Shown: piece after piece, positions 28,173 to 37,914 of the stretch | How positions within the stretch are numbered: the stretch's first letter is position 1 | Layout of the letters: the number at the start of each line of letters is the position of its first letter | IMG/VR virus record: IMGVR_UViG_3300037512_001279 | Coordinates: 57,657 to 121,656 of that record | DNA: 64,000 nucleotides | Direction: 5' to 3' (one strand) | Source: a virus | Taxonomy: Duplodnaviria; Caudoviricetes | Translations under genes and position numbers: made by a program | The notes under the pieces: generated by a model | Databases searched by the model: none | What the model was told of the DNA's origin: nothing | Seen by the model: only the letters and a program-made list of their open reading frames with translations

Positions 28173-29117
28173 TTACAATGGCTTAACAGCCTTAATCTTT
28201 TCAAGACACTCTTTAGCTTTGTCTAAATCCTTAATGGCTTTAGGATTACCATTTGAAGCATATTCCTTAAGAGTGTCCATCAATTCTGCATTCTTTGTGC
28301 CGCCTGCCTTCTTACAGTAATCAATGATTTCGTTGTGTACTGCAGTAAGATCATCAACAGTCTGTTCTACAAGTTCTTCTTCCTTTCTAACTACTGGAGT
28401 ATATCCTTCCCCAGAGTTAGCCCACTGAATAATTTTCTGACCATGCTTCTCGGTAAGTAATGTCGGCCCTTCATTCTCAAAGATGTGAGTATTGTCCTTC
28501 TGAGACTCTGCACAGCTAGACTTCTGATCAATAAGGAAAGTGCAGGTAAATTCATACTCAAAACCATCTCTCTGCTTAGCGCCAACACCCAACTTTTGAA
28601 CGGAAGCCTTACCTTTCTCATCCTTAATCATCTCATATTGATCCTTACCACGCATGGTTGCAATGATATGGATGGGTGAATCTGCAATGGCGTTAATAAA
28701 CTTCTGATGACGAGGTGAAATTGTCTTCCAGTTCTGATACTGTCCACCTGCCTGCTGATGGAGTTCAAGACATCCGCCCTTGCCCTCCCATTCACTAGAA
28801 GACGAGTCGATTATAAGTATGTCGTACTTTTCTTCTACTGCAAAATTTATGAGGTCAACATATTTCTCAGGATTGTGAGGGGCATCAATATCAACAATGT
28901 CATACTCGAACTCATTGGCGTAATAATATCCACGCTTAGACTCCGTGTTCGCCATCAAAATCCTCGCATCTCTACCAGTTTCTTTCTTAATTTCTTCTGC
29001 CATACCAGTAGCAAGACGCAAACTACTGTATGTTTTTCCGCCACCTGACGGAGCCATGAGAGCGATCTTTACGTAGATTTTCTCTCTCTTTGCTTTCTTT
29101 ACTTGAAAAGCAGCCAT
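28173..29117 (-). CDS. Sak4-like AAA_24 ATPase / recombinase
   Basis: APSGGGKT, IIDSSS.EW, HIIATMR, EYEFT; start MAAFQ after AGGAGG. Confidence 0.85.
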   Translation of the reverse strand: MAAFQVKKAKREKIYVKIALMAPSGGGKTYSSLRLATGMAEEIKKETGRDARILMANTESKRGYYYANEFEYDIVDIDAPHNPEKYVDLINFAVEEKYDILIIDSSSSEWEGKGGCLELHQQAGGQYQNWKTISPRHQKFINAIADSPIHIIATMRGKDQYEMIKDEKGKASVQKLGVGAKQRDGFEYEFTCTFLIDQKSSCAESQKDNTHIFENEGPTLLTEKHGQKIIQWANSGEGYTPVVRKEEELVEQTVDDLTAVHNEIIDYCKKAGGTKNAELMDTLKEYASNGNPKAIKDLDKAKECLEKIKAVKPL

Positions 29118-29148
29118 CTCTTTTCCTCCTATTTTATTTTTTATCATT

Positions 29149-29263
29149 ATCTCATGCCCTTGGCGGTACACCTCATGCTGAAAGGAGTTTAAGCACATGA
29201 AGTGTACCTTATATATCTATGGAGGGTACGATGGAGGTAGATGCACCACCAAAGACACGAGAT
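29149..29263 (-). ncRNA. structured RNA / leader upstream of the replication operon
   Basis: 25-bp continuous helix with 6 G.U pairs that form only on the minus strand; alternative 13-bp helix. Confidence 0.6.
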
Positions 29264-29319
29264 GTTACACTATTACATTCTCTTTTTATTTCATCATTTT
29301 TAATGAAACTTAATGAAAC

Positions 29320-30108
29320 TTAGATCCTATCCCATTGCGAATCAGTATATGATTTAATCTCTGCCTTGCTGTAAGGCAAATTAAATTTCTTGCACCACTT
29401 CCTGATCGCATTGTCGGATAAATGGAATTGCTTTCCAATTTCAGTAAATGATTTTGTTCTGATTAATCCCTTAAGTTCGTCCCTTGTTACCGGAAGTCCT
29501 TCTTCGTGCCGTTTTCTTTTAGCCTTTCCAGCGCACTTTTGACAAAGGTCTGCCTGTTTACTCATTAATCTGCCACATTGTGGGCATCTAATCTTTTGCC
29601 TGTTGTTCTTGTCATGAGTATCAACAATAGGGACTCTCTCGCCTTTAACAGGATTACCAAACTTGTCATACTTTCTAATGCCGTGATATCCTGTAGTAGG
29701 AAGTTGGCTGTTGCAATTTGGGCAAACCCACCGCAAGTTCTCAACTACGTTATTCTGATGGTCGCCGTCGACATGATCCAACATTAATGTGAGCTGCTTG
29801 CCATGCCACTCAGGTGGAAGACCGCAAATAGAACACTTATATTCGTCGCAAACATCATGAAACCTTGTCCGTAAAGTTGATTGTGAAACCAATGACCCGT
29901 ATCTAAATATTTCTTTATTTGTTTTTCTTTTAGAACCTCGCCTCTGCTGGAAATGACTTGTGTCAATCCCATACCGTTCTATCAGTTTATTAAGTTTTCT
30001 AGGATTGTCGCCAGACGTGCCGTACCCCATCATACGCAAACAATCACTCGTCGTATAGCATTTGGCAACTATCTTCTCTAGCTGCTCCTTCGTCCAGTCT
30101 CTGATCAT
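29320..30108 (-). CDS. free-standing HNH endonuclease with zinc ribbons and terminal HTH
   Basis: CSICG..LDHVDGDHQNN..ENLRWVCPNC; CPQC..CQKC; SDNAIRKW. Confidence 0.85.
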   Translation of the reverse strand: MIRDWTKEQLEKIVAKCYTTSDCLRMMGYGTSGDNPRKLNKLIERYGIDTSHFQQRRGSKRKTNKEIFRYGSLVSQSTLRTRFHDVCDEYKCSICGLPPEWHGKQLTLMLDHVDGDHQNNVVENLRWVCPNCNSQLPTTGYHGIRKYDKFGNPVKGERVPIVDTHDKNNRQKIRCPQCGRLMSKQADLCQKCAGKAKRKRHEEGLPVTRDELKGLIRTKSFTEIGKQFHLSDNAIRKWCKKFNLPYSKAEIKSYTDSQWDRI

Positions 30109-30367
30109 GCACACACCACCGCGATTTTTTTGGTCACTCGAAATTTTACAGTTACAATTTTTCATCAACATTTTGTCGTTGGAATTTAATACTAGATTTT
30201 CAGATGTAAAAGAATTATAAAATAACGCTTGTTATTACAGTTTTCGAACCAATTACTTTTTTCGATTTTCGAACAAGTTCGGAGTTTTACATCCAATGTA
30301 AATACGCAAATATTATCTTTGCGTATTTATCATGGAACTATATGAAAGGAGATTCTAATGAAAATTG

Positions 30368-30589
30368 TTACCACATAATCAAAAGTCCGTTCTGTATTTC
30401 ATAAACAAGATATCCGTTGGAAACTAACCACTCCTGCATGATCGTGATAATTTCAATGTCATCATATGTCCATGAGAATTCATGTTTGCCAGCGAATTTT
30501 AACTCATCAATCCTTGTTGCAAGAAATGATTTTATGGTTTCGATTTCGTTTTCTCTTATAGTCATACATTCTCCATTTTTTAGTCGCAA
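30368..30589 (-). CDS. hypothetical protein
   Basis: ORF track; likely start at 30565. Confidence 0.55.
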   Translation of the reverse strand: MRLKNGECMTIRENEIETIKSFLATRIDELKFAGKHEFSWTYDDIEIITIMQEWLVSNGYLVYEIQNGLLIMW

Positions 30590-30777
30590 CTGCTGCCAAT
30601 TGTATGAATTGCATAATATTTATCATTATCAATGTCGTGCGTTACTGCACAGCCGTAATAGCCATAGCCACACTCCCACTCAATCGGAATGTCGAAAAAG
30701 TTTTTTATCATAGGATACGGAACATCCTTAGCTTTGTCATAGAGTTCTTTTGTAATTTCTTCTCTTACATATTGCAT
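30580..30777 (-). CDS. hypothetical protein
   Basis: GGAGG RBS; ends IGSSCD. Confidence 0.65.
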   Translation of the reverse strand: MQYVREEITKELYDKAKDVPYPMIKNFFDIPIEWECGYGYYGCAVTHDIDNDKYYAIHTIGSSCD

Positions 30778-30792
30778 AGAAAAACCTCCTTC

Positions 30793-31041
30793 TTATGCAT
30801 CATGTTGCAGTTGCTTCTTAACAGCATTGATAATTATTTCGCCATTCGCCTGGATCGTAATGCTAAAACCAGCTTCCTCAATGGCCCGTAAAATATTATT
30901 CTTAATTGGATAAGGAATATCAACGCGACCAGTTTCGCCCCAGCGAATGTCTTCGTTAAAACTAATAACGCCAACCTCATACATTCTAGGATGAACCTTT
31001 TTAATTTCCTGATCGCTTACAGTTTTGATTTCGTCTGCCAT
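30793..31041 (-). CDS. hypothetical protein
   Basis: RBS, operon packing. Confidence 0.6.
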   Translation of the reverse strand: MADEIKTVSDQEIKKVHPRMYEVGVISFNEDIRWGETGRVDIPYPIKNNILRAIEEAGFSITIQANGEIIINAVKKQLQHDA

Positions 31042-31046
31042 GGTTA

Positions 31047-31352
31047 TTAATTCTCCTTTTCTTCGTCAATTTTTATTTCGTAGTTTGAAAGGCTTTGATC
31101 TATAAGTATTTTTATTCCCTCGAACTTTGCAACAACATTATCACCAAGTTCGTGTTTTTCTTTATAATATATGATTTCATCAGTCATCACAGTCTCAAAA
31201 AAGTAAAATGTATGAGTATTCATATATATGACATACTCACCATCGCATGGCTGGCATATATAACATCTCGCCATTCCTTCTCTAATTTTACCAAGAAACA
31301 CGTCACGCAAATTTATCTTCACGATTATACCTCCTACATTGTAATTCTCCAT
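31047..31352 (-). CDS. hypothetical protein
   Basis: Operon packing. Confidence 0.6.
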   Translation of the reverse strand: MENYNVGGIIVKINLRDVFLGKIREGMARCYICQPCDGEYVIYMNTHTFYFFETVMTDEIIYYKEKHELGDNVVAKFEGIKILIDQSLSNYEIKIDEEKEN

Positions 31353-31556
31353 TTATAAATCAATTTCCGGCATTTTTGCAAGCCGATCCTGATATTCTTT
31401 ATCAAGTACAACTTCACATTCTGGACTGCAAACAAAATCCTCATAATTCATTTCTACAATTCGTGTTGGCTTGCCACACACGCAGCACTTCCCTTTTTGC
31501 TTTGCAATAATGTAATTCCCAACGCATTGTAATTTGCTCATATTTTGTCCTTTCAA
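31353..31556 (-). CDS. small zinc-finger-like protein
   Basis: CCVCGKP..CSPEC. Confidence 0.6.
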   Translation of the reverse strand: MKGQNMSKLQCVGNYIIAKQKGKCCVCGKPTRIVEMNYEDFVCSPECEVVLDKEYQDRLAKMPEIDL

Positions 31557-31570
31557 ATGAAAAATAACTT

Positions 31571-32083
31571 TTATCTGAAAAAATCATCCAACTTATCATT
31601 TACTACAACATCGTCAGGATCTAATACAATCTTCTTTTCTCCGGTTTCCTTATTTACGTAATAAGTAAACCATCCGTCACACATCTTAACATACTCATTT
31701 GATACAGTATTGTGGCCACCAACTGATACAATATTTTTCGCGGTGAAAATTCCATTTGTCATCATTATGTCTTTGTAATATACCGACACTTCCTGTCCTA
31801 TTTGCAACCCTGGGACGTCATCAAGTTTAATTACACCTTCTCCATTATATCTCTCATAATTATTTATTTTTTCTATAACTTCTGATGCAGAATAAAAGTC
31901 AATACAATTTGCAATACTAATATTTTCTCCAAAAATATTCTCGAATTTATCACGAGGCATTTTAATCATTTCTCTTAGACAATCCCACGCCTCATTACGA
32001 CCTCTCTCAAGAACTAATTCATCCACGATCAATCTCCCCCCCCTCGCTGTCCTCATCAACAAATAAGCACATTTGCCCGTCAC
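31571..32083 (-). CDS. hypothetical protein, partly paralogous to 33433-33987
   Basis: Shared G.N.AW...IF...SASE.IEKI..YE segment. Confidence 0.6.
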   Translation of the reverse strand: MTGKCAYLLMRTARGGRLIVDELVLERGRNEAWDCLREMIKMPRDKFENIFGENISIANCIDFYSASEVIEKINNYERYNGEGVIKLDDVPGLQIGQEVSVYYKDIMMTNGIFTAKNIVSVGGHNTVSNEYVKMCDGWFTYYVNKETGEKKIVLDPDDVVVNDKLDDFFR

Positions 32084-32288
32084 AATCCTTTTGTCTCGGC
32101 TGTCTCAGCTTGTATCCGTTTGTCTCACCGAATGCATCTTGATTCTCTGGCTCAACATTCGCGAATACAAAATCCTTACAATTATTCGGACGCTTGCAAT
32201 AACTTTCTGAAAGACATTCATTGCGTTCCATGCAATACGGAACATTGTTTACGCATAAATTGATACAATATCGGCAATACTGCTTCAT
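32019..32288 (-). CDS. Cys-rich hypothetical protein
   Basis: QYCRYC..C..C. Confidence 0.6.
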   Translation of the reverse strand: MKQYCRYCINLCVNNVPYCMERNECLSESYCKRPNNCKDFVFANVEPENQDAFGETNGYKLRQPRQKDCDGQMCLFVDEDSEGGEIDRG

Positions 32289-32473
32289 GGTAAATCACCG
32301 TCCTCGTCTATCAATTCTTCAAATTCTTCGCAATCCTCAGATTCTTCCAAACCCTTCTTGCACCCCGACACAAAATACTGTCTCATTGTCGTGCCGTAAT
32401 ACTCTTCGTAATCAATCACGGCAAATCTACAATTCCCACAATTTGTCATTCAATCACCATCCTTTTCGGTCGG

Positions 32474-32698
32474 TCATTCTGCATCCTCCTTGTCTGCCGG
32501 AAATACAGTTATTGTCTCTATCCTAAACGAAGACTTAACAGCTTTTTCTTTAGCATATCTTTCTAATGCCTTAAAAATATCTTCATGAGTAAATCCAACG
32601 AATAAATCCGGGGAAAGATTAAAACCAACAATGTCATTTTCAATATTTCGAACAATCCCATAATTATGATGATTATCAATCGATCCCATCTGCTTCAC
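32474..32698 (-). CDS. hypothetical protein
   Basis: Operon packing. Confidence 0.5.
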   Translation of the reverse strand: MKQMGSIDNHHNYGIVRNIENDIVGFNLSPDLFVGFTHEDIFKALERYAKEKAVKSSFRIETITVFPADKEDAE

Positions 32699-32990
32699 TT
32701 CCTTCCATCTTCACGCCACAATGACAATACGGCAAATTTTCAATTTTCCCCCTTGCTCTTCTGCCACATACAGAACACTTCCAACTATCTCTTCCGCTTG
32801 ATACGGTCATTGGAATCCACTTCCCAAACTTCTGTGTTAACAAAAGGATTTGATAATCTTTCAGCCATTCCACAAGCTGTCTGAAATCCAAACAACCTTG
32901 CAAATTACCGTGAGTGCGTTCATATTCTGCATTATGTTCCAAAATAGTAATCTGTTCGTCAAGTGTCATTTTCTTTCCTCCATAAGCCAT
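32676..32990 (-). CDS. zinc-ribbon hypothetical protein
   Basis: GKWI..CSVCG..YCHCGVKM. Confidence 0.65.
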   Translation of the reverse strand: MAYGGKKMTLDEQITILEHNAEYERTHGNLQGCLDFRQLVEWLKDYQILLLTQKFGKWIPMTVSSGRDSWKCSVCGRRARGKIENLPYCHCGVKMEGSEADGID

Positions 32991-33163
32991 TCCATAATAT
33001 CTTCTGAAATATCTTCCATAAACTCCTTAAGTTCTTTGTCCGTGAAAGATATAATCTTTGATTGTTCTAGGTAGCCGGCGATGCAAAATGCAACCATGAC
33101 AGACATTGCCATTGGACTCTCTTTTGCTTCTTCAAATCTGCTCATTCCTTATCCCTCACTTTC

Positions 33164-33433
33164 CTATGACTCAACCAATAAATAATCCATTATGTCAAAC
33201 TTTTTGATTGCATAAAATTGTGTAGGACTTACAATATAAGGTGAACATATAATATTTGCTCCCTCTGGCAATGCTTCTATTAGTTTGTACTTACACTCTT
33301 CTGATCCAACAATAAAATCATATTTAGTAATGATTTCTGCAAGTGTCTTCTCTTTGCGTTCTCTCTGCCAACGGGCAAACTTCTCTATTTCTTCAACCAT
33401 ACTGTCAATACTATAATTGAAAGTTCTTGTCAT
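33164..33433 (-). CDS. hypothetical protein
   Basis: Coupled start. Confidence 0.6.
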   Translation of the reverse strand: MTRTFNYSIDSMVEEIEKFARWQRERKEKTLAEIITKYDFIVGSEECKYKLIEALPEGANIICSPYIVSPTQFYAIKKFDIMDYLLVES

Positions 33434-33987
33434 TACTCGCCCTCCTGCAACTTCTTCAAGACTTCCGCGATTTCCGGAAATGTGCGGCCTGTTTTTACAA
33501 GATTCTCACTATCTGCTCGTATCATCCAGCCACCATTTGCACTCATGACAGATATAGCTTTTCCGTTATTTGCCACAAGAACAACAACCCCTTTGTCATC
33601 ATGATAAATCACTTCATCCCCAACCTTTATGCATTCCTCTTCCTGCTGCTTCTTCTGCTCTTCATATGCTTTGATTTTCTCAATAGCTTCTGATGCAGAA
33701 AATTCTTCGAGAACATCAGTTAAATATCTAACATCAAAAATTTTCCTTATTTCATCAGTGTGTAATGCTCCATTCTTGATGGTTGAGTAAATTTTCTTTG
33801 CAGTTTCCCATGCCATATTCAAGCCCAACTCATAAGATGATTTTCTGTCATCTTCCGTCTTAGCGTGATAATCATTTTCTGCTTTGGAGTATCCTGCCGT
33901 GTATCCTCTCTTATATGCTTGCTCAATCAACTCTTGTGCTTGCTTTTTCATACCTTCTGTTCTCTGTTCCATTGTCCATAAACTCAT
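33433..33987 (-). CDS. hypothetical protein with C-terminal SH3/KOW-like IKVGDEV segment
   Basis: GAGGAG RBS; 184 aa. Confidence 0.65.
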   Translation of the reverse strand: MSLWTMEQRTEGMKKQAQELIEQAYKRGYTAGYSKAENDYHAKTEDDRKSSYELGLNMAWETAKKIYSTIKNGALHTDEIRKIFDVRYLTDVLEEFSASEAIEKIKAYEEQKKQQEEECIKVGDEVIYHDDKGVVVLVANNGKAISVMSANGGWMIRADSENLVKTGRTFPEIAEVLKKLQEGE

Positions 33988-34015
33988 TCACTCGTCCTCC
34001 TCTGTCTGATATTTT

Positions 34016-34375
34016 TCAATATTTTCTTCTTACATTTTTTAATTTGAAAAAGTCATCCCCAATAAAAATGTAATCATCGTTTATACATACACCATCTAAA
34101 TAAACATCACACGCATATTTTGTTCTAGGATCGCGGCAATCATTTATATTTATAATGACTACTTCATATTGTTTTCCATATTCCGAATCTAAAATAAAAA
34201 CATTTCCAACTTTAATTTCATTTTCATTATCCGTTGGATTGTCAACGTCTGGTTCATTCCTTAACAATGTAATAGCCATATCTAATACTTCCATATATTT
34301 TGAATTATATTGATACATGGAATCATCTATCTCTTTGACTTCCTCAAGGATTTCGATCGCTTCTTCCCTCGTCAT
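34016..34375 (-). CDS. hypothetical protein (MTREEAI type)
   Basis: RBS; common phage N-terminus. Confidence 0.65.
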   Translation of the reverse strand: MTREEAIEILEEVKEIDDSMYQYNSKYMEVLDMAITLLRNEPDVDNPTDNENEIKVGNVFILDSEYGKQYEVVIININDCRDPRTKYACDVYLDGVCINDDYIFIGDDFFKLKNVRRKY

Positions 34376-34644
34376 TCGTTCTCCTTTCCGTCCACAACTC
34401 TTTCTGTCGTTATGTTTTCCATTCTGTCAGCACATTTCCATACCAAATGCCGAAACTCAATCGTGACATACCACTGCTTTGTGTAGAAATCTATGGTGTC
34501 CGGAGAAACCATATAATTGAGTCTATCTATCATAGGAAACTGCTTATAGTTTTCTAACACTCTGCCTGTATCACCATCAACAATTCTTGCCTCAACTATC
34601 GGAGTCATGATTCTCGCCTCCCTTTTATTTCGTCCCATCTCCAT
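34372..34644 (-). CDS. hypothetical protein
   Basis: Operon packing. Confidence 0.55.
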   Translation of the reverse strand: MEMGRNKREARIMTPIVEARIVDGDTGRVLENYKQFPMIDRLNYMVSPDTIDFYTKQWYVTIEFRHLVWKCADRMENITTERVVDGKENE

Positions 34645-34802
34645 GCGTCGGAAACGCAGCCGTCCTCGCCTTCGCCAATGAAATTGTTATAATCAATTTC
34701 ACTGTAACCAAGGTATTCTACGACTACGCTAAATGTCCCGACGTCAACTATTAGCATATCTCCCTTGTCATACCCGTGATCCATAACGCCCATAAAAACC
34801 AC
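34605..34802 (-). CDS. hypothetical protein
   Basis: Operon packing. Confidence 0.55.
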   Translation of the reverse strand: MVFMGVMDHGYDKGDMLIVDVGTFSVVVEYLGYSEIDYNNFIGEGEDGCVSDAWRWDEIKGRRES

Positions 34803-34991
34803 CTACATTCCGAACTTGTCTTCATAAATCGTAACGAATGCGTTAATCTTTTCTCCCTCAATTTTTTTGAAAACAATCTTGCCGCACTTCTGGCACTGCA
34901 CTCTTGCTTCAATATATTCAGTTGGCTTTCTAAGATTTACGTATTTCCATCCAAGAACTTTATAATCTTTGTGACCGCAAAATAAAAACAT
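34803..34991 (-). CDS. small zinc-binding hypothetical protein
   Basis: FCGHKDY..CQKCGK; GGAGG RBS. Confidence 0.6.
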   Translation of the reverse strand: MFLFCGHKDYKVLGWKYVNLRKPTEYIEARVQCQKCGKIVFKKIEGEKINAFVTIYEDKFGM

Positions 34992-35033
34992 AATATTTAT
35001 CCTCCCTTTTTACATAATAGCCGAGACAGCGCC

Positions 35034-36170
35034 TTATGCGGCACTGTTCTCGACAACATCAAGATATCTGTTCATAAGAGTAACAATGTGATTTATCTTC
35101 TTAGTTACAAGACTCTTGTCTTTAGTAGACTTGTTGCCTTCAAGCTCCTTATAACTACATTCTTCTATTTTAATTTCATTCATGTGTTGAGTAACAAACG
35201 CCCTTATAAAATCTCCGAACCTGTCGTCATCAATATTAAGAGACTTAAACTTGTGAAATACAGTCATCCAAATGAATGACTCTTTATTCGTAAACAGTAC
35301 TTCGCTGTCTCCGTCAACAATGTCTTCAAGTCTGTCAAGGGTGTTCTCAACATCCTCAAATTCCGTTAAATCTGCATTTGCCTTAAGGTAGTTGCACATG
35401 TATTCAAGATTATTACCAGCCCAACTGTCAAGATGATTCGACGCCATTACGGTTTCACAAATGCACCTGTCAATGTTTCCACTAGTCTTTCCGTTCTTAC
35501 CAAAGTCTGCGCAATCAGTAAAGAACGAGTGATCAGACAGTTTTTTAACTTCGCCTGCATACTCTTCGCCAAGATTAACAACGCCCTTCTGCACCTTATT
35601 CATTGGTTTTCCGTCATTATATCTTGCGATGTGGTACACAATGTCTTCAGACGAACAGTCAAGATACAGAACTGCGTCAAAGCAATATTCCAAAATCTTG
35701 TCGCGAAGTTCTTCAGGTAACTGTGAAAATTTCTTATTAGTAATGTCAAACTCCTTTACTTCAACAACAGGGACTCCATGACCGTCAAGAACTATCTTGC
35801 CTTTTTCATCAGTTACGTTTGCCTGATAATATATTTTGCTTCTTCTTACCTGACCGGAAATCTTAAATCCGTCATGAACGTAGCTGTAAACGTTCGTGCA
35901 TCTCTGCTTTCCGTCAATGTTCCAAACAATCGAAACTCCGTTAATGATCTGTTCTGCCAATATAATGGACGGAATTGGATTTCCTTGCAGTATGTCAGAA
36001 ATCATGTTGCTTTTCATTTTCGTGTTCCACTGATCAGAACATCTCTGAGACGGATGATCAAACCTAATCGTGTGTTTCTCAATCTTTTTGCAGATTGCAG
36101 CTACGGAATATCTTTCCAATTTGTTTTCAGATTTTTTCGGCATCATCATAATATTTATCCCTCCATACAA
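35034..36170 (-). CDS. DUF262 (ParB/GmrSD N-terminal-like) protein
   Basis: QR..QW...I.DIL.G.PIP, IDGKQR, RYNDG motifs. Confidence 0.8.
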   Translation of the reverse strand: MYGGINIMMMPKKSENKLERYSVAAICKKIEKHTIRFDHPSQRCSDQWNTKMKSNMISDILQGNPIPSIILAEQIINGVSIVWNIDGKQRCTNVYSYVHDGFKISGQVRRSKIYYQANVTDEKGKIVLDGHGVPVVEVKEFDITNKKFSQLPEELRDKILEYCFDAVLYLDCSSEDIVYHIARYNDGKPMNKVQKGVVNLGEEYAGEVKKLSDHSFFTDCADFGKNGKTSGNIDRCICETVMASNHLDSWAGNNLEYMCNYLKANADLTEFEDVENTLDRLEDIVDGDSEVLFTNKESFIWMTVFHKFKSLNIDDDRFGDFIRAFVTQHMNEIKIEECSYKELEGNKSTKDKSLVTKKINHIVTLMNRYLDVVENSAA

Positions 36171-36233
36171 ATATCACTAGATTACTAGAATCAATATTAA
36201 GTTTTTAGAATACCCGCCCCTCATATAAGAAAA

Positions 36234-36827
36234 TCAAATACGTTCCAATAAAATCCGGTTTTCAAAACGTCTCATTTCGTCAACACAGATGTTATACCTT
36301 TTCTCCGACATGTTTAATTTTGCCTTAATGTCGTTTTTGTCATAATCTTGGATTATTAATTCTACAATTTGTTTCTGTTTTGATGACAATCCCTCAATAA
36401 AAGTTTCAAGCCCATTATCTTGTAACTCTTCAATGTCATCAGTTATGTCGTAACCCGAATCAATAATGTCTGCATAAGTTTTGTCGCTGTCGTAAGAAAG
36501 TTCAGAATCAATGCTTACACAGTTTTTTACAGGAATCCTTTTCTTTCTGTTCTTCTTTGACATCATTGATTTAAATCTGTTTGTAATGCATCGCCTTACA
36601 TAGTTGTCAAAAGAATCATTTATTTCTTCATTAAACATCATGGCTGCCTTCCATACCGTCAAGTTGGCCATGGAATAAAAATCGTCGTATTCAAAATCAG
36701 CAATCGCACTCCCAAACGTACTGCGAATAATCTGATCGCAAATCTTTTTTAAATTTGCCATCTCATTTCCACAATACTTCAAACACATTTTTTGAACGTC
36801 TTCATCTCGCATACGCAATACCTCCAT
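36234..36827 (-). CDS. phage-encoded sigma-70-family sigma factor
   Basis: EYDDFYSMA..VWKA..F..SF.NY..RCI.N region 2; LSSKQKQIV region-4-like HTH. Confidence 0.75.
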   Translation of the reverse strand: MEVLRMRDEDVQKMCLKYCGNEMANLKKICDQIIRSTFGSAIADFEYDDFYSMANLTVWKAAMMFNEEINDSFDNYVRRCITNRFKSMMSKKNRKKRIPVKNCVSIDSELSYDSDKTYADIIDSGYDITDDIEELQDNGLETFIEGLSSKQKQIVELIIQDYDKNDIKAKLNMSEKRYNICVDEMRRFENRILLERI

Positions 36828-36972
36828 AAAATTTTTGCGACCAAAAACAAGACTTATGGGGAAATTTATTTATGTCCCAGAAGTACATTCTCCATTTTTT
36901 ATTCAGTTTTAGTGTTTTTGTTGGATAACAAAAAAGATTTGACTAATTCTTGAATTTTGATATTATAGAATT

Positions 36973-37050
36973 AGGCATGGCTCTTTTGAGTTATGTCCAA
37001 CGTGGGGGCTTCCAGGAGGTGTTGGCGCACCGTTGATCGGAAGCTCTTCT
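36973..37050 (+). ncRNA. candidate small antisense RNA in the switch region
   Basis: TTGACT / extended TGnTATTAT promoter at 36939-36966; two hairpins with G.U pairs on +, one capped by GGTG-TTGGCG-CACC. Confidence 0.4.
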
Positions 37051-37114
37051 CATATGTCTTGTTTCAATTCTTCTTTATTATACCATCATCACCACCTTCC
37101 GTCATTAGACAAGT

Positions 37115-37128
37115 AGAACAAATGTTCG
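37115..37128. promoter_or_regulatory. LexA (Cheo) SOS box
   Basis: AGAACAAATGTTCG matches Firmicutes GAAC-N4-GTTC; lies in the divergent intergenic region. Confidence 0.7.
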
Positions 37129-37311
37129 AATATAATTTCGTTAATAATTTTAGTTCCGTTTTTTATTGAGTCCTGTTTATGGAAAATTATTGACAATTTA
37201 TTTCCATAACAGTTATAATTGTGCCATACCACTTTGTCTCTTTAAAGTGTTAGTTTGTCGCATTTTAAATTACTTTCTGATACGAACTTACTCAAACTTG
37301 GAGGATATAAG

Positions 37312-37887
37312 ATGCTAACACAAAAGGAACAAATACTTGAATTAAAGGTAATGAGAGAAGAAAAAGAACTTACTATCCATAATATCTGCGAACTAATTGA
37401 GAAATCAGGTAAACAACTTTCCAAGAGTTGCGTAGCTAAAATATTTCAGGATGGATCAGAAAATCATAGTTTTAGACAAGATTCAATAAAAATCATTAAA
37501 GATGCAATTTCGGACGAAACTTCCGTTGCGAATGAACGAATTAAAACAATTAGAGAACAACATCAAAAAGAAATAGAATATCTTAAAAATTCCATTGCAG
37601 ACCTGGAAAACAAAATAGAACATGAGAAACGCAAGGCCGACGAGCGCGTAGAACGAGAACGCAAACATGCCGAAAGCGAACGAGAACAATTCAATTTGCG
37701 TATACAACAATTGAATGATCATATCAAATTCCTTGCCGGACAGATAAATATAAAAGACGGCAGGATGGATCAAAAGGATAAGCGTTATGACAGATTGTTT
37801 GAACGTTTTGATAAAAAGGAAGAAGGTTTTGATAAATTAATAGAACAATTTCTTAACAGGTGTGAAAACTGTAGTATTAAGAAATAG
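37312..37887 (+). CDS. divergent HTH + coiled-coil regulator (probable repressor)
   Basis: Only clear + strand gene in the arm; XRE-like N-terminus; GGAGG RBS; long coiled coil. Confidence 0.65.
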   Translation: MLTQKEQILELKVMREEKELTIHNICELIEKSGKQLSKSCVAKIFQDGSENHSFRQDSIKIIKDAISDETSVANERIKTIREQHQKEIEYLKNSIADLENKIEHEKRKADERVERERKHAESEREQFNLRIQQLNDHIKFLAGQINIKDGRMDQKDKRYDRLFERFDKKEEGFDKLIEQFLNRCENCSIKK

Positions 37888-37914
37888 GGAAGGCAGACAA
37901 AGCCTTTCCTATTT
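37884..37914. terminator. bidirectional terminator between convergent genes
   Basis: AATAGGGAAGGC...GCCTTTCCTATT. Confidence 0.7.

Noticed and set aside
30270-30281. Second LexA box CGAACAAGTTCG
   Set aside because: Spacer is 2 nt rather than the required 4
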